From positions 744,001 through 808,000 of the forward strand of contig NW_026250416.1 in NCBI RefSeq assembly GCF_024521635.1: DNA of 64,000 bases, in the 5' to 3' direction. The notes under the pieces were generated by a model. That model was not told the origin of the DNA, made no database searches, and saw only the letters and a list, made by a program, of their open reading frames with translations. The stretch's first letter is position 1. The number at the start of each line of letters is the position of its first letter. Made by a program: the position numbers and the translations under genes. This DNA comes from Tricharina praecox (lineage: Eukaryota). Positions 1 to 13,066 of the stretch are shown in pieces.

Positions 1-1518
1 GGTGGATGGTGGCGTGGTTCGCGATGGCGATAGCGATGGCGTAGGTGGAGGATGTAGGTGGAGGTGTGCATGATAGACGCGTGGGAGTAGACCGGAGCGT
101 GCCGTAGCTGGGACTGATGAGTAATCATTAGAGTGCATGCTTTACCGGTAATACTCCAACTAGCGGAAGCTGCCGGGGAGGCTTCCGGGGTCACGGTGGT
201 TGGCGGATTATCTGCCCGTCCTCGACTCCTCGAGGCTCAGCTGCACGATTGAGATCTGGATAACCATGATACATCTACATACGGTACTAGAGTATGCTCT
301 ATATCCGTGCTGTAACCGGAGAGGCGTGTCCCGTAACCGCTACGGTAGAAACGCGGATATATCTGTACCAGGCGATATCACTCGATTCTGCAGCGGACAA
401 TGGGCATTTGGTGGATTCGCGATCGCAACCGGTGGATACATGGATACATGCTTGACCCCCTCGCATCCAATTCGCTTCACCTTCCCAGGTAATACCGACT
501 GCCGACTGCCGAATGCCCACTGCTGCCCTGAAGGCTGAACCTAGGTATTTACTCTACCGTAACCGTGTGTATGATGTATCTCGGTCTTCCCAACTACATA
601 TGCGCGAGTACTGCACCTCCTCCTCCTCCGCCGCCGCCATCCGAAATCTCCGGCGCAGCCAGAGCCCGCCCTTGCACTTATACTTGCACGCATCCTGCTC
701 CGACTCCGGCTCCGAGCACTGTAACGCAGCCACGCGGGAGGCCGCGCAGACCGAGTATGTAAATAGGTCTAAGTCTCATCGCCGGTTCTGCGGGCTGGCG
801 CGATGCCGCCGAACGGAAGTGCAGGTCGCGCCGGTTCCGGAATCGAAGCGGAGTGCAAGTTTTCTAGTGCTAGGTACTAGATAGTAACTGGTTCTTTAGT
901 TCTCCCGATCCGTCGTGTACTTTCGTGTGACGGTGTGAGTGCGACGGTGCGACTGCTCCTGCATGTTCCCAACTAGTGAGTCATTTCCGCGGGATTCCGA
1001 AGTGGCTGTGGCTGTGGAGGTGGATCTGTATATCTAGTTACCTCTCGCGCGAAAGAAAGAGGTGCAACTTCCGAAACCTCCTGCTCCGATGGGATGGAGG
1101 GGGGAGTACACTGTACATCTCTCACCCCTCATCTCGCATCTCGCAAGAGACCAGCGTGTGTGTGCCGACACCCCCTGAATATCATTCCGGCGGGGGAGGC
1201 CGGCAGCCTGCGAGCCTGCGACTCGTCACTCGTGTGACGCTGAATGCTGAGTATTGGCTTTCTGCCCCGCGGGGTATCGTTACCGTTATTAGGCAGTAGG
1301 TACCGTATCAAAGTGGGGTTGGTAGCCGGTAGGTAGCGATGCGTTGGAGGGGTCGGTAGATATCCGAGTGCTCGAAAAGGATAGGTAAACCGAAAAGGGC
1401 GCCAGAAACGTAGTGGTTTGGGGTGTCTAGGTATTTCAACGAAACATTAGCAATCGCCTTGAGCCATGGTACTCGCGAGAGGGCGTTGTGAAACGAGCAT
1501 TGGTGCATGGCTTTAACC

Positions 1519-1602
1519 TAACTCGGAGCCGAAGGTCGGACGAATTGTAACATACGGATTTAACTCGGAGCCGAAGGTCGGACGAATTGTAACATACGGA
1601 TT
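1519..1602. repeat. Perfect 2x42-bp tandem duplication
   Basis: TAACTCGGAGCCGAAGGTCGGACGAATTGTAACATACGGATT at 1519-1560 and 1561-1602. Confidence 0.95.
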
Positions 1603-2665
1603 GCCTCACCGACGACCGGTCGCCTAAGTGCAAGTTTCCGTGCAAGCTGTTCGCAGCAGATCCAGACCCAACCTCCCCAAGCCCCCGGAATCCCCCAGCC
1701 CCGACCCCGAAACCGGCCCGCGGGACTCTCAGGGCTCGAGCGCGCGAACGACGAGAGAATCACCACGGGTTCGGAATGGCCGTAGTTCACCGGTGCTCGA
1801 ATCGCGGTAGAGTAATCCCAATCCTTCTGCCCAACTTAGTTTCTTTACCCGGTGTCCGTCCTCTTGATTCGACTCCATAATTTGTTCGTGCAAGCACTCC
1901 AACGCTTGAGTGAGATGTCACGATGTCTGTATGGAGAATGTAGGGCGGGAGAGAAGCGTATGGGTTGTAGACCGCATCATAGTTGTAGGTCTCGCCACTC
2001 GGTTCGGTGGAGGTCGCGACATCGCTGAACTTCTCTGCCTCCATACTCCGTTCTTGCAAGGCACTGCGGCTCTCGAATGACACGTCGCGATGTCCGTATA
2101 TCGATGTAGGGCAGTGGAGGAGTATATGGGTTGTGGGCTGCGACGAAATTGTAGGTTCAGTCACTCGGTTCGGTGGAGGTCGGGGATGATTGCTGAATTT
2201 CTCTATCAATAGTCAGTGCGGATTCAAAGTCTAAACTCGAGCGGATTGATTGGACGCACCCCGTACTTCCTGCTTCTCCGTAGGGAACGACTTGGGAACT
2301 CGAACAATCCCGTGATGCTATTATTCTCCTGATACTGGCTCGATAACAGGAATCTCTTCGCTCGTGGGGGTGGGCATCGATATTACTGTAGAGTTGCACA
2401 CATTAGAAGGAAGACGTGAGGGACAGAACGGAAGCTCACCAAAAACCATTCCTGATGGATTGTAAACACACGGACAATCGTATGTCATCAATGATATCCA
2501 CACTTCCCCCGTGAAAAAGAAAAAAACTTCCGACAACAAAAGAAGTTTGTATTCGCAAGTCTGGTAGGAGATATGGAAGTATATGCTTCGCAGTTCGACC
2601 ACTACTGACAAACATCCCCCTCCTCAATCGCGAGCTGGATCCATCCGTCCATCCCCAAATACCTC

Positions 2666-3183
2666 TCATCCGTCACAACCGCTGCCCCCTTTCAATACGC
2701 GCATCAACCTGAGCCTCTCCTCACACACTGCTCCGTCGATCTTCTCCTGCAGCGCCGACGCAACTTCCCTATCGCCATCGAGATGCCCGACCATTTCCTT
2801 CGCGGCACGTATCTTCTCGACGAAGCCCATGTCCTCCCATCTCTTCCCTGCGACCGACTCACCCGGCAGTCCAAACACCTCCTGGACCGCAGAAAACAAC
2901 TGGCTCTCGTCGCTGAGGGCGTCGACGACTTCGCTGTCGTGGTAGTTCGGGCTGGTCCACCACTTGGTCAGGACGACATATCGATGGACGGCTTCGTGGT
3001 CGCGCTGCGGGACGGTACGTAGTTCGGGGGGTATGTTCGTGTCGAGAACGAGAATGGTGGCGAGGGAGTTGTCCGAGAGGCTGACAGTGAAGATGTTAGA
3101 ACGGCAGTAATAAAAGGACACAGTGAGTACCTATGATCTGCTGGCTGGACTGGCGGCCGTTGCGGGGTGTTAGGGGTGCTCAT
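2666..3183 (-). CDS. Two-exon hypothetical protein (~155 aa)
   Basis: ATG at 3183 (MSTPNTPQ...). Intron 3081-3130 (GTACTC...CTAAC...CAG) splices in frame into ORF 2666..3121 (SLSDNSLA...). Confidence 0.7.
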
Positions 3184-5161
3184 GAGACGCCAGGGGTGCT
3201 CACTGCTCGGGATAAAGGTGCAGAGTGTGGGATAGGGGGCAACAGTACCGGTGGTGTAGGTTCGTTGTGTGCCGTTGGTTTCTGGCGGGGGCAGCGGCGG
3301 TGGTGGTTACTGTGGATTGGTCATGAGATAGGCCAGTTCTGGAAGCGGTATTTGAGCGGTGTTCGTAGATGACGATGCCTGTGGCGGGCGCGAGGGCGGA
3401 GGAGTGTAATGGGGGGGCAACCGTGTATGCCCGCCCGCCTCGGACAAATAAGGTTATCGCCTAACTCAACATGACGTAACAGTTTCACACGCGATTCCAC
3501 GAAAAGCGTATCTTCAATGACCACCGTATAGGTGATTGTGTGTGGCCCATTCCAGTGGAGCCGGTAGAAGTGAGGAGTTTGCGTAAGCGGAACTGAACTG
3601 GGCTGAAGATAGCTTACTACCGGGACTCATCGCAATCCCTCAGATCGCCAAAATATTTTCACCGCAACGGGGGGCGAGTGGGGGACACAGGGGGTAGTCC
3701 GAATATGGTTACTAGCAAGTAACCGCCCATAAGCCGGCCGAATAAGACTGGCTTTTGGTGCGGGCATAGGTGATGCGGTGGCAGCGATGGATCTCTTAGT
3801 CAGCCGCACAGTCGCCTCACCATACCTCTTGATATCAGCCCGACATCATAACCTACACACTAATTGCCTTCACCCACCTGTCTCTCCACCCCCCGTGCCG
3901 TAGCTCGACTCCGTGGAAACAATCAAAGGGATACAGAGAGATTCCTGGTTTCAAAATCTCGTCGAGAGTCCTTATAACTCCGAGCTCGTCGTCGATAAGC
4001 GAGTAGGCTGGCCCGCTTACTTATGCGTCCTTCGGCCTATCCTGTCTCTCCAGGATAATGTCACCGTCATTACCAATTATTGTCCTCTGTCCTCGTTCCA
4101 GGACTCATCGGAAGCGTTTGAATATTCTTTGCATGGGTAACGACGGCACGAGACGTTATTATCAACGGACATCCACGTGACTTTGTGAACTGCACGTGCC
4201 AGCCCAAAACCGAGTGATGCGTGAGAGGTCTCCCTACCGAGTCAGAATTTGTGACTCCAACCCACGTTGCAGGCCGGGTATCAATCGTATGGATAGGATC
4301 GGTGTGCTTTAGCTCTGCTCTTGGACTCTGCTCTTTAGACCTGCTGTGTACACAGTGTAATTGCAGAATCTATACCGTTCAGAACATCTCGATCGGGTGC
4401 ATTGCGGCTCCGGCCTACTCCGACCCGCTCCTACATGACCGATGCGTAGGACTAGAATCTCGTACAGACGAATCCCAACCGTTTCACAGCCCATCAAAGC
4501 TCAGAAGAGATTCCTGTACAGTACACATACCTATGAAGCTTCGTCGTTGTGGAACCCTGAAACGGTAGCTTACAAGGCGGCTGAGAAATCAGCCCACACC
4601 GCTCGGGGGGTCTACTGAACTGCAAGACTGGTGTAAACCTGTTTTTGGCCCGCACCCACTAACCTGAGCCACCTCCAGCATAGGAAACGAAGTTTCGATT
4701 TCGATACCACCCACCCACCCTCTCTACTCTTCACATCTCGCAACCCCACAGCAAACTCGTCAGAATCACAACTCTCAGCAACCCATCCTGTTACCAGTTT
4801 AAGAAGATAGAGAATAGGTATGTCCACCCTTCCGAAGCGACTGATCGTAAAATATCGGTCGGTTTCGGTGGGTTCGAGGGAGCATCATTCATGGTGCCCG
4901 CTGTTGAGGACCGGGCGGCTGACGACTATCAGTGTCTGACAGTGCACTCGAGACATTCTCAAAGAAAGAAGAGACACAAGACACAAGCACGCAGCATCAA
5001 ACACCCGTTGCCAAGCAAAGGTATTATACCGAGACTGAGAAGGTACGCTCATGCCTTCGTTTCTCCCGCTGGCCCACGACTCTCTAACTGTAAGGCATAA
5101 AGGCCCTCAGTAAAGAAAGGAAGAAGAAGAATATACCAAGAGTGCGAAGAGAGAAACAACG

Positions 5162-8100
5162 ATGACAAAGGTATGTTGCGATCGCTGCTTCCGGTGTCTA
5201 GTTGGTATTCTGACCTTCATATTAGAAATCGGACAAAGGCAAGGGGCGTAAGGTGTCCGACGAAATCAGTGCTTTGGGATTTTTGACTGAGCTTGGTCCT
5301 GCCAATGCTGGCTCTCACATTTATCCTAGCTTGATCAGAAGTGGCGTAACGGACGTGACACCGGTGGTCCCAAGAGGTGCTCACAACGAAGGCCCTTCTC
5401 GATACGACAGCATAATGCGGGAGCTCGGTCCACCGTCAGCAAACTCACACGTCTATCCGCCGTCGCCAATAGCCGATCAGGTCCCCTTTTCTCCAATGGC
5501 GACGACAGCGAGAGAACCTTATCCAAGACAATTCAATCCAGCTCCTCGAACGACGAGAGCGGTAACGTCTGCGGGCGAGATGGGACATCAGCACCAGATG
5601 GCGCAATATGGGCGGGATGTTGCTTTCGGTGACCCCAGGCAGGAAGATCATTATTCTGATGATGGGTAAACACAAATCGAACTCATGGATCCGGCTGTGA
5701 TTGTGCTAACTATGATGCAGACGGCTTCCGCAAGTTGGTCCAAGGGGTATTCGTGCCATCACATCCGCAGGAGAGATGCGAACCGTATATGCGAGGGGTG
5801 CTCCGATGCCTCATCCACCGCCTCCTCCTCCGCCTCACATCCTACACGTTCCCAGAGTGCGTCCTGGGGGTAGTACTCCAGTCGACCCTCAGTTCCAGAT
5901 TGATGTGCGTACAAGTGAGGAGATTCGGAGTGACCACCAAATCCCAAGGATGGATACCAGACACGAGACGGGCTATCCACCTCACTCAGCCATGCACTTT
6001 CAAGAAGGATACCCGAGCCAGAATAGTCCGCCACAGCCTCACGCTGCAAGGGAACCACGCGGACGTTACCCACACCAAAATGAGAACTACCCACCTCTTC
6101 CTCGTAAGATCGAACAATCAAGAATACCCATGGGATTCCCGGGGAGACCGTATGGTGATACCCACGAAGGGAGAGTCGAACACTATCCGTCGCAAGAAGA
6201 ACTTCGACATGGCGAGACGCCGCAACGGCCACATCCTTATCAGACAGGAGACCCCCATGGAGGAAGAGTCGAACAGTATCCATCACAAGAAGAACCTCGA
6301 CGGGGTGGGGCGCCGCAATGGAAACATCCTTATCAGACAGGAGACACTAATGGAGGGAGGGTCGAACACTATCCGTCACAAGAAGAGCCTCGACGGGGCA
6401 GGACGTCGCAGCGGCCTCATCCTTATCAGACAGGAGACAACAATTATCCGACCGAGTACCATGAAGGAGATAATAATGGCAGGGCCGTTGATTCTCGTTC
6501 ACCCCAAGAGGACTTGCGTCATGGTGGAATAACCCGTCGCCCTGATTATGCCATTCCTAGTGATGAGCGCCGCCCCTCTATGGAACACTATCGAGACAGT
6601 AACCAGAATGAGGGCGTAAGATCTCGACCTTCACACGAAGGGCTGCGAGATCGTGGAGTTGTGCGTGGTCCCCACCATACCCCTCCAGTCGCCGGTCGTC
6701 GCTCTCCGCTGCCGCATCAGGGTGGTTCTATACAAGCAAGAGGCTTTACAGTCCGACCGTCGCAAGAACATCTACGTCCTCACGGAATATCACAGCCTTT
6801 TCATCATCATCATACAGGAGACGGTAGACACCCAGACGAGCATCCCGAAGGCGGTTATCCTGAGGATTTCTTACCTCGTCCATCTCAAGAAGACAGACGT
6901 CGCAATGCGATGCCCCATCCGACATATTTTCCTCCCTCCGATGGCGAGTTTTATCCTCCGACCGGGCACCAAGACGGCAACATACAAGGTGGGATTGCAA
7001 GACCTCGTCCGTCACATGAAGACCTGCATGATCGTAGAGTTATGCATCGCCCTCACCTTCCCACACCAGTCGACGGGCATCGCTCTCCGCTTGGACATCA
7101 GGGAGGCTCTATACCAGCAGGGGGCTTTACAGTCCGGCCATCGCAAGAAAATCTACGTCCTCACGGCATTTCACAGCCTTTTCATCACCATCATACAGGA
7201 GACGGTAGACACCCATACGAGCATTCAGATAGTGTTTATCCTGAGGATTTACAACCTCATTCATCCCCAGAAGACAGACGTCGAGATGCAATACCCCGTC
7301 CGCAATATTATCCTCCCTCCGATGGAGAGTTTAATCCTCCGATCGGGCAGCAAGGCGGCAACGTCGAAGATGGGATTGCAAGACTCCGCCCCTCACATGA
7401 AGACCTGCAGGATCGTGGAATACAGCGTCCTCCTTTCCAGCCACCTCCTCATGGCGAGTATCGTTCTCCGCGCAGCCAACAGGGTGATCGTGTCCAAGGA
7501 GACGCCTTTCGAAATCAGCCGTCACAGGAACATTGGCGCCCTCACGGAGCATCACCGCATCTGCATCAACAGGCTGAAGACGTCCACTATCCGATCGAGC
7601 GTCACGATGATGGTGTTTATGGCCGGGATCTTCGACCTCGCCCTTCCCAGGTGCAACTTAGTTCTCATGGGGTATCGCAACCGCCTGTTTCTCATCCGGA
7701 TGAACATCATTTCATGGAGCGAGAAGGTGGTCCTGAGGTTGGCGCTTATCGTCAGCAGATGTCTCTTTCAGATTATCGAATGCTGCTGAATGACGATGCT
7801 CCTATGGTACATCCTGATCATGGACGAGACTTCGCAACTCCTGAGAGATATGATCCATCACATCTGGCACCACGGTTCGGTGGCCTGCAAGTTGACGATC
7901 ATGATACTCACACCGACCCGAGACTGGCGGCGGGGCGGGAACGGCAAGTTGAAGAGAGGCAAGTGAGACACCAAGGATCTCCTCCGGATTTGCAGAGATT
8001 AAACGTTCCTACGCAGAGATTGGAGCGTGAAGGAAGATCGACGCCCTTGGGATTATCTCGTGAGAGGGGGGTGGTTACAGATTCTTCGGTGGAAAGATAC

Positions 8101-8862
8101 CCCGCGATTTCAGTTCAAGGATCTGGGAGCGAGTTTCGGCAGCCATCTCAACTACCGACTGATGTGGAAGGATCCCGAGATCTCCGCTTGCCATCCGATC
8201 CTGTCGTTAGCGTCGATGGTGACTTTTCCGGCACGCCGTCACTCGACGTATCACGTGTTGCACCTAGGGCACGACCCCTTTCGCCAGGGGGTGCTGTGAC
8301 TGCTGTGACTGCCCCACTACCAGAACCCACGCACACAAACGATGGTGGATCGTCCGTCTACAACCGAGCGAGCTGTTTGTCTTCTTCTTCCAACAACAAC
8401 AACCAAAACGGCAACGATCTCACCAGGGACGATGATATCCACCATCGAACACACCCGTGTGGTGACGGGGGAGAGGTAAGTGGGGAGGGAGCGGTGGAGG
8501 GCGACACGATCGCCGGGGTGTGGCTGGCAGGGGTTCCGGCGGAGAGGAGTCGATCGCCGTTGTTCGATCATCGCGCATACGCGTTGCGGGTTTTGGAGGG
8601 GGAGGTGGATCCAACAGCTCGTGACGCGTATGCGAGCTCAGTAAACGAAAGTCTACTGGAGCGGCCGGTGATCGGCGACACAGAAGATGGTTTGGGTGCG
8701 GACCATCGAATCGACTCCGGCACAGGTGCGGAAGGCGAGGGGGAGGAGTCCAGTGTTACAGATAACGCTGATGAGCCCGACCATACTCCGGAGCAGAGAC
8801 GCAACGTGTCTACCCGTTCGCCATGGGCTGGCGAACGGCTCGGGGGATTTAAGTTCCCGTAG
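5162..8862 (+). CDS. Large His/Pro/Arg-rich disordered repeat protein (~1196 aa, 3 exons)
   Basis: Exons 5162-5170, 5226-5665 and 5721-8862. Introns GTATGT..CTGAC..TAG and GTAAAC..CTAAC..CAG keep frame and join ORFs 5253..5669 and 5776..8862. Confidence 0.8.
6154..6441 (+). repeat. Coding tandem repeat, 93-bp (31-aa) unit x3
   Basis: GDxxxGRVExYPSQEExRxGxxxQxxHPYQT units start at 6154, 6247 and 6340 (partial at 6433). Confidence 0.9.
6619..7700 (+). repeat. Coding higher-order repeat, ~381-bp (127-aa) period x~2.8
   Basis: 6781 aligns with 7162, 6841 with 7222, 7001 with 7382. Each period holds three ~42-aa RPS(Q/H)E subunits. Confidence 0.85.
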
Positions 8863-10245
8863 ACTACTTGCGGCTTTGTCTCAGGTGGTGGTCGTCGTGG
8901 CTAGTGGTGTTTATCGTGTTGCATGGACTTGCGACCCCGCTTCCAACTGCTTTCCTGGTAAGACAGACCCCGGGAGTGTGTGATTTGCTTTCTGTGGTGC
9001 GGCTGATCTCATGCAGAAGCTTTCATTCAACTTTCGGGTTTTGTGTTGTCAGCGAGAGCAGGCTGTGTTGAGCACCGAAGGTTTTGATCCGCAGGGGGCG
9101 GGCTTCCTTCATATGGGAGTTTTTTCAGGATTTGTCTTGTGTGTTGGTTTCATCGCGCAATACAGTCACTGTTTTCTTCCACTACTGGGGTTCTTTTACT
9201 CGTGACGTGATACTGTGCTGTAGTTATGTGACCTCTTCGTTCCTCTTCCATTTCCTCGTAGACACCGTGTAGATAGTATTCTTCAGGGATACGGGTAGTA
9301 AGTAAACAAGGTGGCGATGCCATCTGTAGGGAGGGTAAGGAGCTAAACATCTTGGCGCATAGCAGAAAGCTAGATCGGGGTTCTCGTAGCTAACGGCTGC
9401 TGGTGCTCAGCGAAAGAATAGAAGGCGGAAGAGCTCTAGAATCCATGCGCATGTTAATTCTTTACGAACGAAGCACCGTCACGGCGAAAGTAGTCTGGAT
9501 AACCGATCGACCAGTCCCCGCACGTGATGAAGGGGCATCATGATGTGCCGGGAGTCATTGAAAACTGCGATGGGATAGTGGGATAACCGAATGAGAAGCG
9601 CTGCATGTATGTGGCAGTGCGCTCTTCGTGACGTCACGTGCTCTATGGCGGGCTTCGACCCCTTCTCCCTAGGTACTTGCGGGCAGGCTGGCGAGGGACC
9701 CCGACGGAGAACAGCGTGGCGGAGTGGATTCATAACAGTGCCAGTATGTAGCTGTTCAGCTCGAGATTTATATGATACTCCAGATCGAGCGCGTGAAGTT
9801 GCAAGACTCTACTGATAGTATCAAGCAGGATCACTCTGCACTCTGCATACGCGATCACTCGATATGCATCACCATTTCGAATATGTTGAAAGTGACGATC
9901 GTAATGCGCAAATTTGGAGGTTCGAAAGAGTTTTAAACTTTGTGATAATAGAAAACCTGCTGGCTCTGCTTCTATTTGGCAAACCTGGTGTGTGCTGCAC
10001 GGCATGTGGTTTGAGGGGGTCCAGCGAGATATCTACCTAGTGGTTTATAGCCCTACGATTCCAAGCCCACACCGAAAAAACACCCCACTGTGAGGTTGAC
10101 CTTTTTCTTCTCTCCGCTTTCTCCTCCTCTTCCTCTTCTTCTTCACATACACACACACACGATCGTCCACGACTTTCAGCACCAACCGAAATCACGATCA
10201 CACTACTTCTGTCTTTCCTCTCGCTATTTTCGCCCCACCTAGAAA

Positions 10246-11423
10246 ATGACGAGACGCACCACTTCCACCATGTCCGATACCTCTCGTCGCGTTACCCCAG
10301 CCACGCGGCCGAGCATACCAGAGCTCCTCGCGCAAAGCCGCCACCTGAGCGCTGCCTCGATCAGGACGATCACAGAGGTAATGTCTCGCAAGCGCCTCAA
10401 TCCTTTCGGTGAGGAGGACACCGACGGAGGCCCTCCGGCCAGAAATCTTCGGACTACCCGGAGCAGCAGCTCTGTCCAAGGACAGGCCGTTGATAGAGCC
10501 AGTAATGGCAAGGTAAGTGCTTCGACCCCAGTGAAGCCAACTATTACTGACTTAAGTCAGAGGTACCGTGATGCGACAGCACCGGACCTCGTAGGGGAGC
10601 GCAGCTCCGCCTTGAACCGTCTTCCTGCCAGTGGCCGTGATGACGAGTCCGCTCGTCGGAGCCCTTTGAAGCGGCCAGCAGACGACGACCTCAAGCTTCC
10701 GAGTGCCAAGCGCCTCACTTTTCCCTTCCCGCGCCTCGCTCCAACCTTCCCGCGCAGGTCTCTTTACGGCCCGTTTGGACCTCGAGTCCATCGTTCATGG
10801 GGGCTGCAGAACGCTCCGAAGAAAGAGGAAGACCTCGAGGAAGCGCATCTTGTGGCGCTTGCCTTGGAGGCAAATCTGCTCGCTGAAGCAGATGGAAGCA
10901 GACCGTTGGATGGGGGGATGAAGACCTCGACGACCGAGGCGGAAGAGAATGGCAAGGATGGGAATCCTTCAATTGCCGTGAGCATTGTCGGTACTCCCTC
11001 CGCGCCAAGCTCGTCAGGAAAGGGGCCACGAAAGGCCGCCATCTCCTCCCGTATCGCCCGCCGATTTGCTCCCTACAGTCTGCGGAGGCAGCGAGTCCAC
11101 GGGCGCGAGATCGAGCATGCAGACATGAGGGAGAACGACCTTCTCGCCGCCCACGATAGGGTTTGACCCTCGAGCGACAGCTCCAGAAAGAGATCGTGCC
11201 CGTGCGCTTTGCGGATGAGGACGAGATCTTGGAAGAGCCGGGAATGAGGCAAGCGGCGGAAGATCCGGAGGAAGGATTCCTGGCCGAAGCGCAGCCGAGG
11301 CGGGACATGGAGGAGGGGGTCGCTGGCGAAGAGGCACTCCAGATGAGAACTTACTGGCCCGTGATAGCCAGTATGGTTGTCACGATTCTCCTTTTGCTAT
11401 CGGCGGCCGAAAGGCAAATTTAG
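10246..11423 (+). CDS. Hypothetical protein with C-terminal hydrophobic helix; apparent 1-bp frameshift near 11160
   Basis: ORF 10246..11166 with likely in-frame intron 10513-10560 (GTAAGT..CTGAC..CAG). Continues in the next frame 11163..11423, ending WPVIASMVVTILLLLSAA. Confidence 0.55.
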
Positions 11424-13066
11424 ACCTTTTGCTGGTGCAGGGGAAGTGGTTTCGGGTATGAAGCGGACAGCGCTTGCTGGTGCGAATGAGGATTCATTTT
11501 TCTTTCTTTTTCTGTTTGGTATACTCTTTCTCATAGCCACGGTTTTCCTTCTGCTCGAAGGTGTTTTACGTGGCCATGAGTTTTAAATTTTAATGAGGTA
11601 CCAAGGTTTTATGGGTCTTCGATACATGGGTTTTGCTTATGGGATTCCAAACGAAGGGAAGTGTTGTGGTTTAGACGTCCGGAAGCGGTTGATGACGGTC
11701 GCAGCATTACTGGCAGACAAAGTCTGAGCGTGCATCCTCATGATCTATGAGAGGGGCCCGAGATTCTGTAGATATAGAGAAGCTCTGGTCTGGAGAATTT
11801 GCGCAGTAATTGAACATTATAAACATTGAGATCCTTTTATCTGAAAGAATAGAATGGATCGTTTTTATTATACCTCGGGTTTGATCTACCTACCGCAAAC
11901 AATATTGACGGCTACAGAGCAATAAGCACGAGCAGGAGAGCATGAGATTTTAGATGCTAGTTCATGAGCTCGTGATCGTGCAGATGACTAACTCCATCTG
12001 TTAAAGTTTGACGTCCAGAGATGAAATGTGGCGATGATGACCTGTATAATCGAGGGACGTACCTGTTGTTGCCTGCCAAGCAAATGTCTCCGTTTAAACA
12101 CTGGCCGGCTTCTCGGCCAAGAGACTGGTTATGCGAGTTCTAGACTCCCTTCACGGGATGTCACCCTTTGGGGACGACGCAAGTGCATGACCTGTCACCC
12201 GTACAACTGCATGTGCTGTCACTCGCTCGCAGGCACAGCCTGTCGCTCGTGTTGCACACGGATAGCTGTATCGTGCGAGCAGAGTATATAGTCTCCGTCA
12301 GTAGCTAGCGAATACATGATCTTTCTCATCATTCACATTTCGTTCGGTTGACTTCGTCAACACAGCACGGGATCTACGACCGTCTAAGCCTCCGGGCTAC
12401 TTCGGGAAAATTAGGGTCTAGGCGCGATATGTGGGATCACTGTATTGACTTGGCAAGTTAGACTGATGCGCAGAGACATGGCCAAAGTTCGGGCGGTTGT
12501 GCTCTTGGCATTCGTTTTGCTGGCTACATCAACTGAAGGTTTATTTGAGTCGATCTGGGTTTCCAACTGTGACGGACACCCATAAGACGTTCTATGAAAA
12601 CGTCAAGAATGAGCTACCAGGTACTAGTTTTAGTTCGGGGAGCGAGCGGAAGTCTTAAATAGTGACGAGAGAGAGTGAGAGATGCTGAGTGAGAGAGTGC
12701 GACTGAAGAGAGAGAGGAAAGAACACGGGAGAAATGCGAGTGTTTATACTAAAAAAAATAGAGATGCACATATATTAGTATCTCAGTGAAGTTCCCGCGA
12801 CCATACATCAGTACTTGGTAGAATTCCTCCCGCGCGCCGTCCACATCACCTACATAACCCATATCACCCATATTACCCAACCAACAAAAGAAAGAAGAAA
12901 ACATAGGTGTGGTGACGATTATTTCAACACTAGGCACATTATATGCGCACCTGGAAACTTCCGTTGAGGAGATATCCCTGAAGAGATACGCGTCAATATT
13001 GTGACTCCTTTCTTGTACCTACTATTAGTAATCTGCTTCCAGAACGCAAAAAGAAAAAAACTGCAT

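Noticed and set aside
5735-7789. Overlapping ORFs 5735..6532 and 6653..7789
   Set aside because: Shadow frames of the repeat-rich main gene
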